From Mobula hypostoma (lineage: Eukaryota): 64,000 bases of DNA. Below are positions 51,641-64,000 of this stretch, piece by piece. Made by a program: the position numbers and the translations under genes. The stretch is from positions 78,432,001-78,496,000 of the forward strand of contig NC_086097.1 in NCBI RefSeq assembly GCF_963921235.1, written 5' to 3'. The stretch's first letter is position 1. Every line of letters starts with the position of its first letter. The notes beneath the pieces were generated by a model that was not told where the DNA came from, ran no database searches, and was given only the letters and a program-made list of their open reading frames with translations.

Positions 51641-53509
51641 AATACTCTGACTTAGATAACTGATTATAATTATCATGACCACTTTTCAAAAAAAGAGCAA
51701 GCTATCTCAATAGATAATTAAGCAGAGATGCAAGGTTCAAGAGACTCAAAACTCATTTCATGCGTCTCAAACCAGTGTTTATTGAGATGAAAATTAATTG
51801 TTATGAGTAGAAGGTTGCCTGTTCGCAAAAAATCATGCAGCTTGAGGATTTTAAAAGTGTCTTAAAATATAAAAAGCAAATTTGAGCCTAGTTAACTAAA
51901 TTCCTAGTAAATTAGTTCAATCTGCACCACAATAACCTATAAAATTCCCAGAATCCCATCATATATATAAATGACTAACATTATATGTGGCATTTTCTTT
52001 TCCATGAAACTGAATGTACACACCCATTCTGCAGAATGACCTTCGGCCCCCTTGTTAGATACGAACTCTCGAATTTTACATTAGCAGACATTTAAATATG
52101 TTTTAAAAACTGAATTGAACTGATGATTTGGCTATTGGCTGCTTTCTGGTCTGCTGTCCTTAGAAGTCACATTCTATATAATTCATTCAGATCACTGGAA
52201 ATTTTGAGAAAAACTACAAATATATTGAAGTCAAATGTTAAAATAAATATTGTGTATCATGTTTTAAAAGTCAGAATAAAATGTACTGAGTTAAGATATC
52301 AGTAGCTTTTTTTCCAAAATGTTTAATTTATCTAATACTGACTTCTAGGTATTGACAAATCTTGACTGAGCAGCCTACAATTTTTAGGCTTTAATCAAGG
52401 GTCGAAAAGAATCTGTCAACTTTGATAATCTGCAATTTAAAGAGTTCTTTTAAGTGCTAAATTTAAAAAACAATGCCCTTTGGAGTATGGATTGTTAAAC
52501 TCTATACATTGCCCTGGACTAGTATCAATTCAATGCATTATCGGAGCCAAATTAAGCTAATGTACAGAATATAAACTAAAATCAACCTCATTTCTGAGCA
52601 TTATAATCAAAAATAAGGAAACTGTCTCATTCATTTAATATTGTAGAACTTCCTACCATTAATATAAAATAAATTATACTGGTTGAATGAGAGATGTGCT
52701 TGTTCTTTGCAAATGTTGCTCTGGGAAAGATCAATGAGCTCATATTGTGCTTTCCATTTTCCCAAGTTAACCTCAACAACTTCATACAAATATAATTAGA
52801 ACTTCTGGAAAGAGCTTGATTTTTTTTAACCACAGAACCCATTCAAGAAAATAATAGTTGTCCTTCTGTTAACTAGCTTTGATCAGAAACCTCAATTTGA
52901 ACAGCACCTTTCCTATAATTATCCAGACTGTGATTTGTACTGTGTCCTTCTACAATTCACATCATACTTAACTTTCTTATAACAGCCAGGTATATCAGAA
53001 CTTCAGCAATAAATTGTTACTTGTGATACTAATAGAGTACATTTCACATTACTAATTTGGGTTCTTAAAATCGAAAGTGTTTGCACAAAGTAATCTAGAA
53101 AGCAAAAGCATGAGATCATTTGGGTCTGATGCAAGGGATTGGAGGTACCAACCATACAAAATATGCCTCCATCTATATATGTTTATTTTTATGAGTGCAG
53201 TTGTATAATTATGTGTGCATCAATGTGTACAAAATTAAATTAAGTATCTTTTATACCTTGGAGTAAATAATTATTCCAGGTAATTTCAACATTCTTAATA
53301 TAGAACACTGTGCAGTACAGCACTGTACAGGCTTTTTTTGCCCAAGTTGTTGTGCCAACTTTTTAACTTTATCCAAGATCAAACTAACCCTTCCCTCCTA
53401 CATAGCTCTCCATTTTTCTTTCATTCATGTGCCTATCTAAGAGTCTCAAATGTTCCTAATGTATCTGCCTTTATATATGTCCTTTTATGTTTCAAATACT
53501 CATCACCTA

Positions 53510-54489
53510 GGCTACGTCCACACTACGCCAGTTAGTTTTGAAAACGAAGCCTTTTCTCTTCGTTTTAACCCTCTGTCCACACTAAAACGGCGTTTTCATC
53601 CCCAGAAAATGGAGATTTTCAGAAACGGTCTCCAGAGTGAATAGATCTGAAAACGCCTAATATCCGTTGCAGTGTGTACGGGGTAACCAGAGCTTTTTAA
53701 AACCGCTGTCATGACGTGCCGGAACAGATGGTGACAGCGCGGCATTTCATTGTTTTCTTCTTATTATTCTTATTATTACTACTTTATTGTCGCCAAACAA
53801 TTGATACTGGAGCGTACAATCATCACAGCGATATTTGATTCTGCGCTTCACATAACCGAACAATTTCAGAACAGACGGCAACGAGACTGAAGCCAGAAGA
53901 GTTAGAAATGTATTCACCAAATACTTTGACCCATAGCTTACTGAATAAATAAGTATACTCACTTTGCCCTGTTTTCTGTCCTTGCTTGTATGAAGGTGGT
54001 TTACTTATTTATGCAAGTACTTCTCTGACAAAAGATGTGTAACAGCCTAATGTAACATTGTATGGAAATACAAGATAACACTGATGCAGACGTGTTTTAT
54101 ACATTTAACAAGGTGCTTTATTAATGCAACAGAGTTAGTCAGTTTTTCAATGTTCATCGTCAGCCGGGTCATACTGTCCGTGAACTCCCTGTCGGTTGCC
54201 TCCATACGCTCCAGTATTTGTTTCTTTTTAGTTTTAAGTCCTCCTGCGCGAGAGCCAAGAGCAATTCCTTTTAAGTTTTTCTACTCTGTAACTGGACAAA
54301 CGCGCACTAAATATACCGTTTCCTCTTCGCTTGTTTTCTGTGTGTCCTGCGCATGCCCAGTAGAGGAGATTCGCCCAAATATCCGTGTTAGTGTGGACAG
54401 ATATTTTGAAAAACACTTAGTGTGTACGCCTGTTGTTTTTACTCGAAACCGGCATTTTCAAAATTATCTGGCGTAGTGTGGACGTAGCC
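53510..54489. mobile_element. Non-autonomous PIF/Harbinger-type element (MITE)
   Basis: Perfect 22-bp TIR GGCTACGTCCACACTACGCCAG with 3-bp TSD CTA (53507-53509, 54490-54492). No transposase. Contains a Rex 3' tail insertion at about 53760-53851. Confidence 0.9.
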
Positions 54490-57400
54490 CTAGTGTGGAT
54501 ATGGAGCCACAAGCTATATTGATACCATTCACACCCTTTGATTAACATATATACTTGATTTGTCTCCAGACTTCTCAGTCTCTGAAAAGTGACCACTAGC
54601 TGAATATTCATCAGTATGCAGGTTCTTGACATATAGCACGCCCTCACTCAGTTATTCCAAATAAACCAAAATGGTTAAGTTCAGAGGTCAAAAACCAAAA
54701 GTATGGAAACTAGTGAAGGTAAAACGTGCTTGACCTCACAACTTTTATTGGCCACATAAATTTTCATAAGCAAAGCAGTTGAAAAACTTTTGCACAGAAA
54801 TTAATCTCTGCCACTTTCTCTTTTAAGTAAAGGTGATTTCCCCATCAATGAAGTAATATTCCAAAAATTCCGATGCACCAATAAAGAAGGTCGATCTGTA
54901 ATGTGATAACAAAATACACAAAATTTATATTGAAGTAAATCCATTGAAATCTCAATCTGTGGATTGGCCACCAGTTGCTTTAATAGAATATAGTTTTGTT
55001 GGATTTGGTTTCTGTAGATGAAGTATAATTGCGAAGAGCAACCTGGCATAATATTTCCATCAAACACTTCTATCGCAGTATGCCAGCAACTAACACAAGA
55101 AGCTTACAGTCAGAAGTTGCAGCTTGCCAGATGAAATCTGAAACTAATGGGCAGTATGAGCACTTTTGGTGAATGAGCTTCATTGACACGTCAAATAGCA
55201 GCCAAAAATCAGCCACTATTTAGATTTATTTTCATGGAAATTTGATTGCAAGTATGTAACTCTTTATTGTTAGGAAGCACAATTTACACTTTATAACATT
55301 GGGAGGAATGAATTTGAATTATTTTATCAATAACCTAAAGAGCAACAATATGGTTAAAAATAACATTGTCCAGTTCCAGGACAATGTAAGTGTCAACTAG
55401 CATCTGATCCAAACTATTAGTTCAGGGGCAATAGAGCAGTGGGGTGGGAAGAGTGGAGAGGTGGAGACCATTGCTGCAATCTGGTTTGGGCAAATTGGGA
55501 ATATGTTAGGGTGGGTGGGGGTGGCAGGACTGTTGGTGACTCAAACATATGGCAAGGAAAATTCTTCTTTCTCATAAAATCTGTACAATGGATTGAATGG
55601 TTGTAATACAAGTAAAGCTTTCCCTTTTAATTAATAGAAAAGAAGATCTCATTTGTTCTGATAAATTTTGCTTTAGGTGAGTGTCCACACCATCTGAAGG
55701 CCTTAGATGCATAAATTAATTTTACGCAAGATCAAAGTATGCATCTCACATAATTTGATTTGACAGGTATACAGTAACATAAGCCAGCAAAGCTTTTTCC
55801 CTTGACTCTGCTTCCTTTTAGGAATGCTGTAAAGGCACTAATTTCCAGATCTAAATATGAACATTTACTTTAGTAATAGAATGTAAACAGAACCTTATGT
55901 TGCTAGGCTACACCTTCAGATCAGAGGATATTTATATGGGCAACCAGCAACTTCCTTAGGATTGAGATTTAATTTATTTTAAAACAATATCTATTTTGAG
56001 TGAAAACACAAAGGTCCTAGGGTAGTTAGGACACTAAACTGGATAACATAGAACATAAGTACAAAGAATTATACAATATATTCTGTAATTAAACCATTCA
56101 AAACCTAACATATCCATACAAATATTTATATAGCACACACATATAACCTCCTATCTGTCTTTATTACTGAAAAGGTAAATAAATGTAATACTGCCTAGTC
56201 TTGAAGTTTCCATTGCCATGTGACAAAATGCATAGCTTTCATTAACTCATACTTTTGTTCAGCTTGCTATCCACTCTGTGACTTGTCCACGTGTTCTACC
56301 CTTAGTCACTAATCTATTTGTAGCTCCTTACCAATATATTAAAATCCAAAATTATAAATACAAACCCAGAAATCCTATCATAATGTGACAGCATCTTATC
56401 AAAAACTTATCATACTTCAAGCACACATCTGGATTTTTGTACTGTGGACTCTGTGTAATGACATGCATATGCGTGTCTACTACTAGGCACATAAACACAC
56501 GGAGCGCTCATTTTATCATGAAAAAGTACCTGTGTATTCAGGATTCAGCACAGCTACCAGTCTTGCACAAGCCTGCTTTTACACTAAAGGGAATCTTACA
56601 CTGTTAACAGCTGGGGAGTCTTTTTCCGGGTAGATTTTACTTTAGTTGTTATCTTCAGGGATCCCTACCTTCCTGCAACCTCCTCTCCAACACCCACATT
56701 ACCAATATCTTGAGATGCCCCCAACTGTCTCCCTTTCCTACACACTCAGTCATCACCCTGAACCACAATTAACCAATTCCTCCAGCACATCTGAACCCCT
56801 GCCATGATTCCCTTCTACATGTATTCCCTTTTACATGCATCTTCACCCACCATGATTCCCTTTTACATGCATTTGATTCCTTCCACTCTCCTCTCTAATT
56901 CCTCTTCCTCCATTTCGAATCTCTCCCACAAGCATTTTAATCCCATAATTTATTACCCTTCTGATTTCCTCTGCAAAGTGCTGTTATTGGATATATTTAA
57001 GTTGAAGTGGTCAGTCCTACCATACACAGTGACCTCACAACATTATCACACACCCTTTTCTCAAAATTGTTTTAACTGAATATGATTTCTAGTCTATTAA
57101 CTTCCTTTTAATTTTCCAAGGAATTTGACTTTGACCACTATTATATTTTGGTTTCAATATTTTCCATCAGACTTTTGAAAAGAAATTTAATTATTTTTCT
57201 TTTTACTCATATTGTCATTGTTAAACAGCTTCATCATGTTTCAAGTTTTGAGAGAAAGTTAATATATATCAAAATGAACAATTGATCTCTATAAAAAGCT
57301 TCTCAGGCTCAGCACTACAAGTCATCATAAATTGCAGGTTTTTAAAACAGCAAAATCAGTGAAACAGCTCATTTTTTAAAAAAGTACTATCATTCAGAAA

Positions 57401-57975
57401 ATATTTGGGACCTGGGCATCACCAGTGAGATTGCAGATGCTAGAAATCTGGAACACACAAAATTTTCAAAGAACTCAGCAGGTCAAGCAGCACCTATGGA
57501 AGGAAATGAACAGCTGATATTTTAGGCCAAGACTCTTCCTCAGACTTCAACTTTCTCCTCACCAGCAAGTTTATCCCTTTGGATACCGTTGGTGTGGATG
57601 ACCTTTTAGAAGCCAGGTCAACGGCACCACGCTTTGTTCTGAGGCAAAGAAGGGAAGGATGAAGTCAGGCAGAGTAATAGTAACAGGGAAGTCAATATTA
57701 AAAGGCATAGACAGACATTTCTTTGGTCAAATTTGAGACTCCAGGATGATGTATTGCCTCCCTACTGTCAGGGTTAATGATATGTCGCAGAGGGTATAGG
57801 ATGTCCTGAGAGGTGAGGGTGAAAAGCCAGAAGCCCATGTAGATACTAATGACATAGGCAAGAGCAAAGATCAGGTCCCGCAAGGGATTTTAGAGAGCTA
57901 GTTAGAAAGTTAAAAAGCAGGACTTTCAAGGCTGTAATCTCAGGATTACAACCTATACCACATGCTAGAGAAATG

Positions 57976-58170
57976 AGAAACATAGAAAACCTACAGCATA
58001 ATACAGGCCCTTCAGCCCACAAAGTTGAGCCGAACATGTCCTTACCTTAGAACTACCTAGGCTTACCCATAGCCCTCAATTTTTCTAAGCTCCATGTATC
58101 AATCCAGGAGTCTCTTAAAGGACCCTATCGTTTCCGCCTCCATCGCTGCCACTAGCAGCCCACTCCACAC
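57976..58170 (-). mobile_element. CR1 3' end (same family as 3833-4395)
   Basis: Near-identical AGAAACATAGAAAACCTACAGCA...GAACATGTCCTTACCTTAG. Confidence 0.88.
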
Positions 58171-58185
58171 AATAGGTACATTGTG

Positions 58186-60575
58186 ATAGGTACAACTAGA
58201 GAGCAGGCCATCCTAGACTGGGTATTGAGCAATGAGGAAGGGTTAATTAGCAGTCTTGTCGTAAGAGGCCCCTTGGGTAAGAGTGACCATCATATGGTGG
58301 AATTCTTCATTAAGATGGAGAGTGACATAGTTAATTCAGAAACAAAGGTTCTGAACTTAAAGAGGGTTAACTTTGAAAGTATGAGATGTGAATTAGCTAA
58401 GAGAGACTGGCAAATGATACTTAAAGGGTTGATGGTGGATATGCAATGGCAAGCATTTAAGGATCGCATGGATGAATTACAACAATTGTTCATCCCAGTT
58501 TGGCAAAAGAATAAACCAGGAAAGGTAGTGCACCAGTGGCTGACAAGGGAAATTAGGGATAGTATCAATTTCAAAGAAGAAACATACAATTTAGCCAGAA
58601 AAAGCGGCTCACCTGAGGACTGGGAGAAATTCGGAGTCCAGCAGAGGAGGACAAAGGGCTTAATTAGGAAAGGGAAAAGAGATTATGAGAGAAAACTGGC
58701 AGGGAACATAAAAACTGACTGTAAAAGCTTTTATAGATATGTGAAAAGAAAAAGATTGGTTAAGACAAATGTAGGTCCATTACAGACAGAAACAGGTGAA
58801 TTGATTATGGGGAACAAGGACATAGCAGACCAATTGAATAACTACTTTGGTTCTGTCTTCACTAAGGAGGACATAAATAATCTTCCAGAAATAGTAGGGG
58901 ACAGACGGTCTAGTGAGATGGAGGAACTGAGGGAAATACATGTTAGTAGGGAAGTGGTATTAGGTAAATTGAAGGGATTAAAGGCAGATAAATCCCCAGG
59001 GCTAGATGGTCTGCATCCCAGAGTGCTTAAAGAAGTAGCCCAAGAAATAGTGGATGCATTAGTGATAATTTTTCAAAACTCTTTAGATTCTGGACTAGTT
59101 CCTGAGGATTGGAGGATGGCTAATGTAACCCCGATTTTTAAAAAAGGAGGGAGAGAGAAACTGGGGAATTATAGACCGGTTAGCCTAACATCAGTGGTGG
59201 AGAAAATGCTAGAGTCTGTTATCAAAGATGTGATAACAGCACATTTGGAAAGCGGTGAAATCATCGGACAAAGTCAGCATGGATTTGTGAAAGGAAAATC
59301 ATGTCTGATGAATCTCATAGAATTTTTTGAGGATGTAACTAGTAGAGTGGATAGGGGAGAACCAGTGGATCTTTGGATTTTCAAAAGGCTTTTGACAAGG
59401 TCCCACACAGGAGATTAGTGTGCAATCTTAAAGCACACGGTATTGGGGGGATGGTATTGTTGTGGATAGAGAATTAGTTGGCAGACAGGAAGCAAAGAGT
59501 GGGAATAAACGGAACCTTTTCAGAATGGCAGGCAGTGACTAGTGGGGAACCGCAAGGCTCAGTGCTGGGACCCCAGTTGTTTACAATATATATTAATGTC
59601 TTAGATGAGGGAATTAAATGCAGCATCTCCAAGTTTGCGGATGACACAAAGCTGGGCGGCAGTGTTAGCTGTGAGGAGGATGGTAAGAGGATGCAGGGTG
59701 ACTTGGATAGGTTGGCTGAGTGGGCAAATTCATGGCAGATGCAACTTAATGTGGATAAATGTGAGGTTATCCACTTTGGTGGTAAAAACAGGAAAACAGA
59801 TTATTATCGGAATGGTGGCCGATTAGGAAAAGGGGAGGTACAACAAAACCTGGGTGTCATTCTACACCAGTCATTGAAAGTGGGCATGAAGGTACAGCAG
59901 GCAGTGAAAAAGGCGAATGGTATGCTGGCATTCATAGCAAGAGGATTCGAGTACAGGAGCAGGGAGGTACTCTGCAGTTGTACAAGGCCTTGGTGAGACC
60001 ACACCTGGAGCATTGTGTGTAGTTTTGGTACCCTAATCTGAGGAAGGACATTCTTGCCATAGATGGAGTACAAAGAAGGTTCACCAGATTGATTCCCGGG
60101 ATGGCAGGACTTTCATATGATAAAAGATTGGATCGGCTAGGCTTATACTCGTTGGAATTTAGAAGATTGAGGGGGGACTTTATTGAAACATATAAAATCC
60201 TAAAAGGATAGGACAGGCTAGATGCAGGAAGATTGTTCCCGATGTTGGGGAAGTCCAGAACGAGGGGTCCAGAACGAGGGATTTGTGGATAAAGGGGAAG
60301 CCTTATAGGACCGAGATTAGGAAAAACTTCTTCACACAGAGAGTGGAGAATCTGTGGAATTCTCTGCCACAGGAAACAGTTGAGGCCAGTTCATTGGCTA
60401 TATTTAAGAGGGAGCTAGATATGGCCCTTGTGGCTAAAGGGATTGGGGGTATGGAGAGAAGGCAGGTACAGGGTTCTGAGTTGGATGATCAGCCATGATC
60501 ATACTGAATGGCGGTGCAGGCTCGAAGGGCCAAATGGCCTGCTTCTGCACCTATTTTCTATGTTTCTGTGTTTCT
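58186..60575 (+). mobile_element. Younger 5'-truncated CR1 LINE ORF2 (EN C-terminus plus RT) with 3' UTR
   Basis: ORF 58183..59418 has LDWVL..GKSDH and NYRPVSLTS. ORF 59478..59996 has PQGSVLGP and SKFADDTKL. (TTTCTATG)-like tail. Frameshifts present. Confidence 0.95.
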
Positions 60576-60744
60576 ATTGTGCAGTTGAATATCTGGCTAA
60601 AGAGCTGGTACAGGAGGGAAGGCTTCATTTTTAGAAATCACTAGGTTCTCTTCCAGGACATGGTTCCTGTACAAACAGGACAGTTTGCATCTGAATTGGA
60701 AGGGAACCAATATCCTCACTGGAAAATTTGTTAGTGCTACTTGG

Positions 60745-60880
60745 AAACAAGAGAAATTCCGCAGATGTTGCAAATCTAAGCAACACACACAAAATGCTGG
60801 AGGAACTCTGCAAGCCAGGCAACATCTATGGAAAAGTATACAGTTGACATTTCGGGTTAAGACACTTCAGTCGGACTTCT
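60745..60880 (-). mobile_element. Degenerate PLE 3' end
   Basis: AAACAAGAGAAATTCCGCAGATG...AAGCAACACACACAAAATGCTGGAGGAACTC, followed by a decayed hammerhead. Similar remnants at about 41620-41690, 46030-46160 and 57430-57545. Confidence 0.7.
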
Positions 60881-63005
60881 CAGGATGTTAATACAACTCA
60901 GGGTGGTTTAGAATGGCAGAGGGATGGGAAACACAAAATCAGGGCAACAGATAGTGGAGGTACATTACAAGAAAGATGGTATAACAAGTAAGGAAAGCAA
61001 GGGACAAACTAATAAACATGATGGGATTGATAGGCTGAAATGTGTTTATTCCAATGCTGGGAGTATTACACTGCAGATTAAAAAAACGATGAACTGAGAG
61101 CCTAGATCAGTATGTGGAATTACAATATTATTGCCTTTACAGAAATCTGGTTGCATGAGGGGTAGGACTGGCAGCTAAATATTTCTGGATTTCATTGTTC
61201 TTGATGTGATAAAAAGGGGGGGGGAGGGTAAAAGAGGTAGAGGGGTTGCACAACTTATAAGGCACAATGCCACATCAGTACTCAGAGGACACACTGGAGG
61301 GCTCATCTACAGAGGCAATTTCGAAATAAGAAAGGTGCAATTACACTGATGGGATTACACTATAGCTACTGAGAGATAGAGCAACAGAAATACAGACAGA
61401 TTATGGAAAAGTGCAGAAATACTAGGTTTGAAATAGTGGGAGATATTAACCTCCCCAGAGTTGATTGGAACATCCTTAGTATAAGAAGGTTAGATGGGGT
61501 GACATATGAAGGTTAGATGGAGTGCATCCAAGAGGAGTTCTTGAAGCTGTACGTGATGAATCCAGCTACAGGAGAAGGCACACTGAACCTGACTTTGGGA
61601 AATGAACCAGGCCACATAACAAACCTGAGAGCTGGTGAACATTTTAGAAATACTGACCACAATTCATGTTTTAAGTAAGTAAGGATAAAATTGCATCTTG
61701 CAGGAAGGTACTAAACTGGGGAAGGGCAAGTTACCAGAAGGTAAGAGAGGAGCTAAGGGGCATTAAATAGGAGGAGCTGCTATTTGACAAGTCCATGTCT
61801 GGGAGATGTTTAAAGACTAGCTGATCAGAGTTCAGAATTGGCATGTTCTGCTAAGGAGTAGGGACAAGGATGCTAAGATAAAGAACTTCGAATGACTCAA
61901 GAAGTTCTAAAAGGAAGCATATATGTAAGGCACTGTATAGGAAAACCTCAAGGCTCTTTATACTTGTATTAAGAAAAAGAGGATAACTGGGAAGATAGGT
62001 CCACTCAAGGATAAAAGAGGGAATTTCTAATTGGAGTCAGAGAAGTGACTGAAGTATTAAATAAGTGCTGATCAGTAGTGTTGGTATTTACTGCGAAGGA
62101 TCTGGAGGATAGTGGGAACAGAATGGGGCATGCTAATGTGCTGGGACATTTTGAGATTAAGGAAAACGTAGTGCTGGGCCTTCCGAAAAGCAATAGAGTG
62201 CACAAGTCCCCAGGGTCTGACGGCATATATCTCAGAATATTGAAAGAAGTGAAGAGATTGCTGGGGCTCTAACAAAGATTTTTGTGTCCTCACTAGCAAA
62301 TGACAAGATACCAGAAGATTGGAAAGTAACAAATGTGTGCCTTTATTCAAAAAAGGAAATAGGAATAATCCAGGTAACTATAGACCATTGAGCCTCTCTC
62401 TTCTGGTAGAGAAGATACTGAAGAGGATACTGAGGGTTTTAAAGGTTTCAAAAGTTTCAAAGATACATTTAATGTCAGAGAAATGTATACAGTATACATC
62501 CTGAAAATGCTTTTTCTTTGCAACCATCCATGAAAACAGAGGAGTGCCCCGAAGAATGAATGTCAATTAAATGTTAGAACCCCAAAGCCCCCGCAGCTCC
62601 CCTTCCCACGTGTTAGCAGCATCAAAGCAACGATCCTCCCTCCCCCACCAGCAAAAAAAAGCATCAGTGCCCCCCACCAAGCACTCAAGCATGCAGCAAA
62701 GCATCAGGGTGGGATTTATGTGAATTTGGAAAGGTATGTCCTACTTAGCAACAGTCAACATGGCTTTGTACAGGGTAGGTCATGCATTACAAACTTAATC
62801 AAGTTTTTTAAGGAGGAGACAAAGGAGCCCAATGATGGTAAAGCAATGGATGTAATCTATTAGAAGTTTAGTAAAGCATTTGATAAGGTCCCTCACAATA
62901 GATTGATTTAGAAGATAAAGATGCATGGAATCCAGAGTGAATTGCAAGTTTGGATTCACGACTTTTTGCATGCCCATAGAGCATTGGGTTGGAAGGGTTA
63001 GAGGT

Positions 63006-63310
63006 GGGCCAGCTGGTGGTGCAATGACATCGGCGCCAGACCCGGGAGCGGAGGTTCCCAGGTTCAAAACCAGTCGGGTCTGCTCCCCAGTACGCTTTCC
63101 ATCCATGCCAGGTTGAGTGTCGAGATCGTAACTCGACCTCGTAAAATAAAGGGAAAATGCTGCGAAAATGTCTGTGTAGGGAGTGGTGCGCCACACGGTC
63201 TTGCTCTCTCTCGTTCCGCACCTTGTAAAAAAGCCATGAAAAAGACATCATCACGGATCCATACATGCACATGCACAGACTTGCACACACGCAGGCACAC
63301 GCAAAAAAAA
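63006..63310 (+). mobile_element. tRNA-derived SINE with poly(A) and TSD
   Basis: A-box TGGTGCAATG and B-box GGTTCAAAACC. A-tail. TSD AAGGGTTAGAGGT at 62993-63005 and 63310-63322. Confidence 0.85.
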
Positions 63311-64000
63311 AGGGTTAGAGGTCCAAGATCAGTGGTGTTTCACAATGATTGGTGCTGGGACCTCTCTATTGTTTGCAAGTTTGCAGATGACACCAAGATT
63401 GGTGGACGTAGCTAGTGTAAAGTACTATCAAAGAATACAGTAGAATAATGATCAGTTACAGATATGGGCAGAGAAGTGGCAGATAGTTTAATTTGGGCAA
63501 GTGTGAAGTGTTTGCTCTTTGGGAGGTCAAATGAAAGGAAAAAGTGTACAGTTAATGGTAGACCCCTTAATAGCAATGAGGTAGAGAGGATCTTGGGGTC
63601 CAGGTCCATAGTTCACTGAAAGTAGCTATGCAACTGGATAAGGTGATAAAGAAAGTGCACGGCATGTCTGCCTTCAATGGTAAGGATGTTGAGTAAGGAA
63701 GTCACGCTGCAGTTATATAAAACTTTAGTCAGACTGCACTTGGAGTATTCTGTGCAATATTATAAGATAGATGCTGTCTGGTCATTACAAGACACTTTAT
63801 AAGTGCAATTATTACTTGACACTTATCAACCAAAGTCTGGATATTGCCAAATTCTTGCCTCATGCAGGGGTAAACCGGTAAACTTCCAGAACAGTTGTAA
63901 GTGAAAATGAAAGTTATAAAATCATCAGCATTTTTGACCTCATGATCATTGATGAACCAGCTAAAGATGGGTTTAGGACTACGCCATGAAACCCACAGCA

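Larger units (their letters stand above)
57545..63760 (+). mobile_element. Old near-full-length CR1 (ORF1 esterase-like plus ORF2 remnants) hosting several nested insertions
   Basis: ORF1-like remnants at 57750-57970 resume at 60582-60745 (LHLNWKGTNIL). ORF2 EN/RT remnants at 61030-63750 (KSPGSDGI, NYRPLSL, CKFADDTKIGG). Confidence 0.75.

Noticed and set aside
63006..63085. tRNA gene
   Set aside because: A and B boxes are present, but there is no convincing cloverleaf, and the poly(A) tail and TSD identify it as a SINE.

Overview
This is eukaryotic, AT-rich, repeat-dense DNA with no prokaryotic features. The repeat repertoire suggests a cartilaginous fish, probably a ray or shark (inference). 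The window reads mostly as intronic sequence of a minus-strand host gene. One well-supported exon (10407-10547) resembles the 'PGE..L...E.R....R..EI...L' coiled-coil segment of FSIP1, and a phase-compatible upstream exon lies at 19707-19779. Almost all long ORFs belong to decayed transposable elements: CR1, Rex1/Babar and RTE LINEs, a Hero-like RLE non-LTR element, a 5'-truncated Gypsy with a nested solo LTR, Neptune-type Penelope-like elements (PLEs), Tigger, mariner and Harbinger DNA transposons, and tRNA-derived SINEs. The most notable structures are: (i) many PLE ends carrying minimal hammerhead ribozyme motifs, including three head-to-head (inverted) insertions with 14-15 bp TSDs and a recurrent internal end point; (ii) a 1.67 kb 18-bp minisatellite with long ORFs on both strands, about 300 bp from the host exon; (iii) several multi-level nested insertions. 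I found no convincing wholly new system. The hammerhead/PLE architecture is a known class, seen here in unusual detail.
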